In this document: positions 63,380 to 64,000 of the stretch, piece by piece
Position numbering within the stretch: the first letter of the stretch is position 1
Layout of the letters: the number at the start of each line of letters is the position of its first letter
NCBI RefSeq assembly: GCF_006345805.1
Contig: NC_043007.1
Location: forward strand, 65,782,001-65,846,000
DNA: 64,000 nucleotides
Direction of reading: 5' to 3'
From: Octopus sinensis
Lineage: Eukaryota
Notes under the pieces: model-generated
What the model was told of the DNA's origin: nothing
What the model saw: the letters and a program-made list of their open reading frames with translations, nothing else
Databases searched by the model: none
Translations under genes and position numbers: made by a program

Positions 63380-64000
63380 AAGAAAAAAAAAGAGATTGAC
63401 ACCGTCTTCAAGTTTCTCTAGCACCATTGACACTACTGGAAAAACAAAAAGAAGTAGCCATAGTGAATGGGTTATTTATTATTGTTGTTTTTCTGGTTTA
63501 TGTAGTTGTTCTCATGGCTTTTTATTCGGAATAATGTTCCGAGACAACCTTATCCAGTTATCAGTTTCTCTTTTAAAAACAGAATGGTTTACTTAGAGAA
63601 GGGTTTAGTTGCTTAGTTGTATAGAAGTTTCTTCGTTTAATATGTGGGTTGTTGCAGTAGGAAGCCGGGCATGAATATATCAAATTATGCTCAGACCAAT
63701 GAGTTAGAAATCAAGCAACAAAATATCTCCGTTAATGGCGCCAAAGGGGTCAGCTAGTAGCGTTAAACCGGGCAACAGATTAGGCCTGACAGCCAAGGAT
63801 TAATTAATTACATTTGAAAGGATTAGAGTGTAAGAGATATATTAGGAGAAGCTGGGTCAAAAGTCTTTTGAGATAGAATTTCAGTGCTGGATGTCCATCA
63901 TCTAAACCGTATAATACTGACACACTCCAACACTCTCACATGCTAACATGCTAACTTCTTATATTACATACGAGGACACGCTTCCTCTTAATCTCTCTTT

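Overview
AT-rich, microsatellite-dense eukaryotic DNA. The tRNA-derived SINE families match ones I recall from octopus genomes (recognition only, not a database result). I find no host protein-coding gene, RNA gene or CRISPR array, and nearly all ORFs in the supplied track are microsatellite translations. The interpretable content is transposable-element derived. It includes a 5'-truncated L1/Tx1-clade LINE (1901-5844) lying inside an (ATCT)n array, a full-length decayed DD37D (maT) transposon, mariner and hAT/Buster transposase remnants, and three Dong/R4-like fragments. There are also RTE and I-group remnants, a Penelope GIY-YIG remnant, several MITEs, two Helitron-like elements, many SINEs and a 100-N gap. 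The most unusual signal is a set of sequence-unrelated fold-back (palindromic) elements anchored on (TA)n tracts. One encodes a nearly canonical type I hammerhead ribozyme facing its own antisense copy (13378-13490), and further intact-core or degenerate hammerhead motifs occur across the window. Coordinates were counted by hand; ends of decayed elements are approximate.
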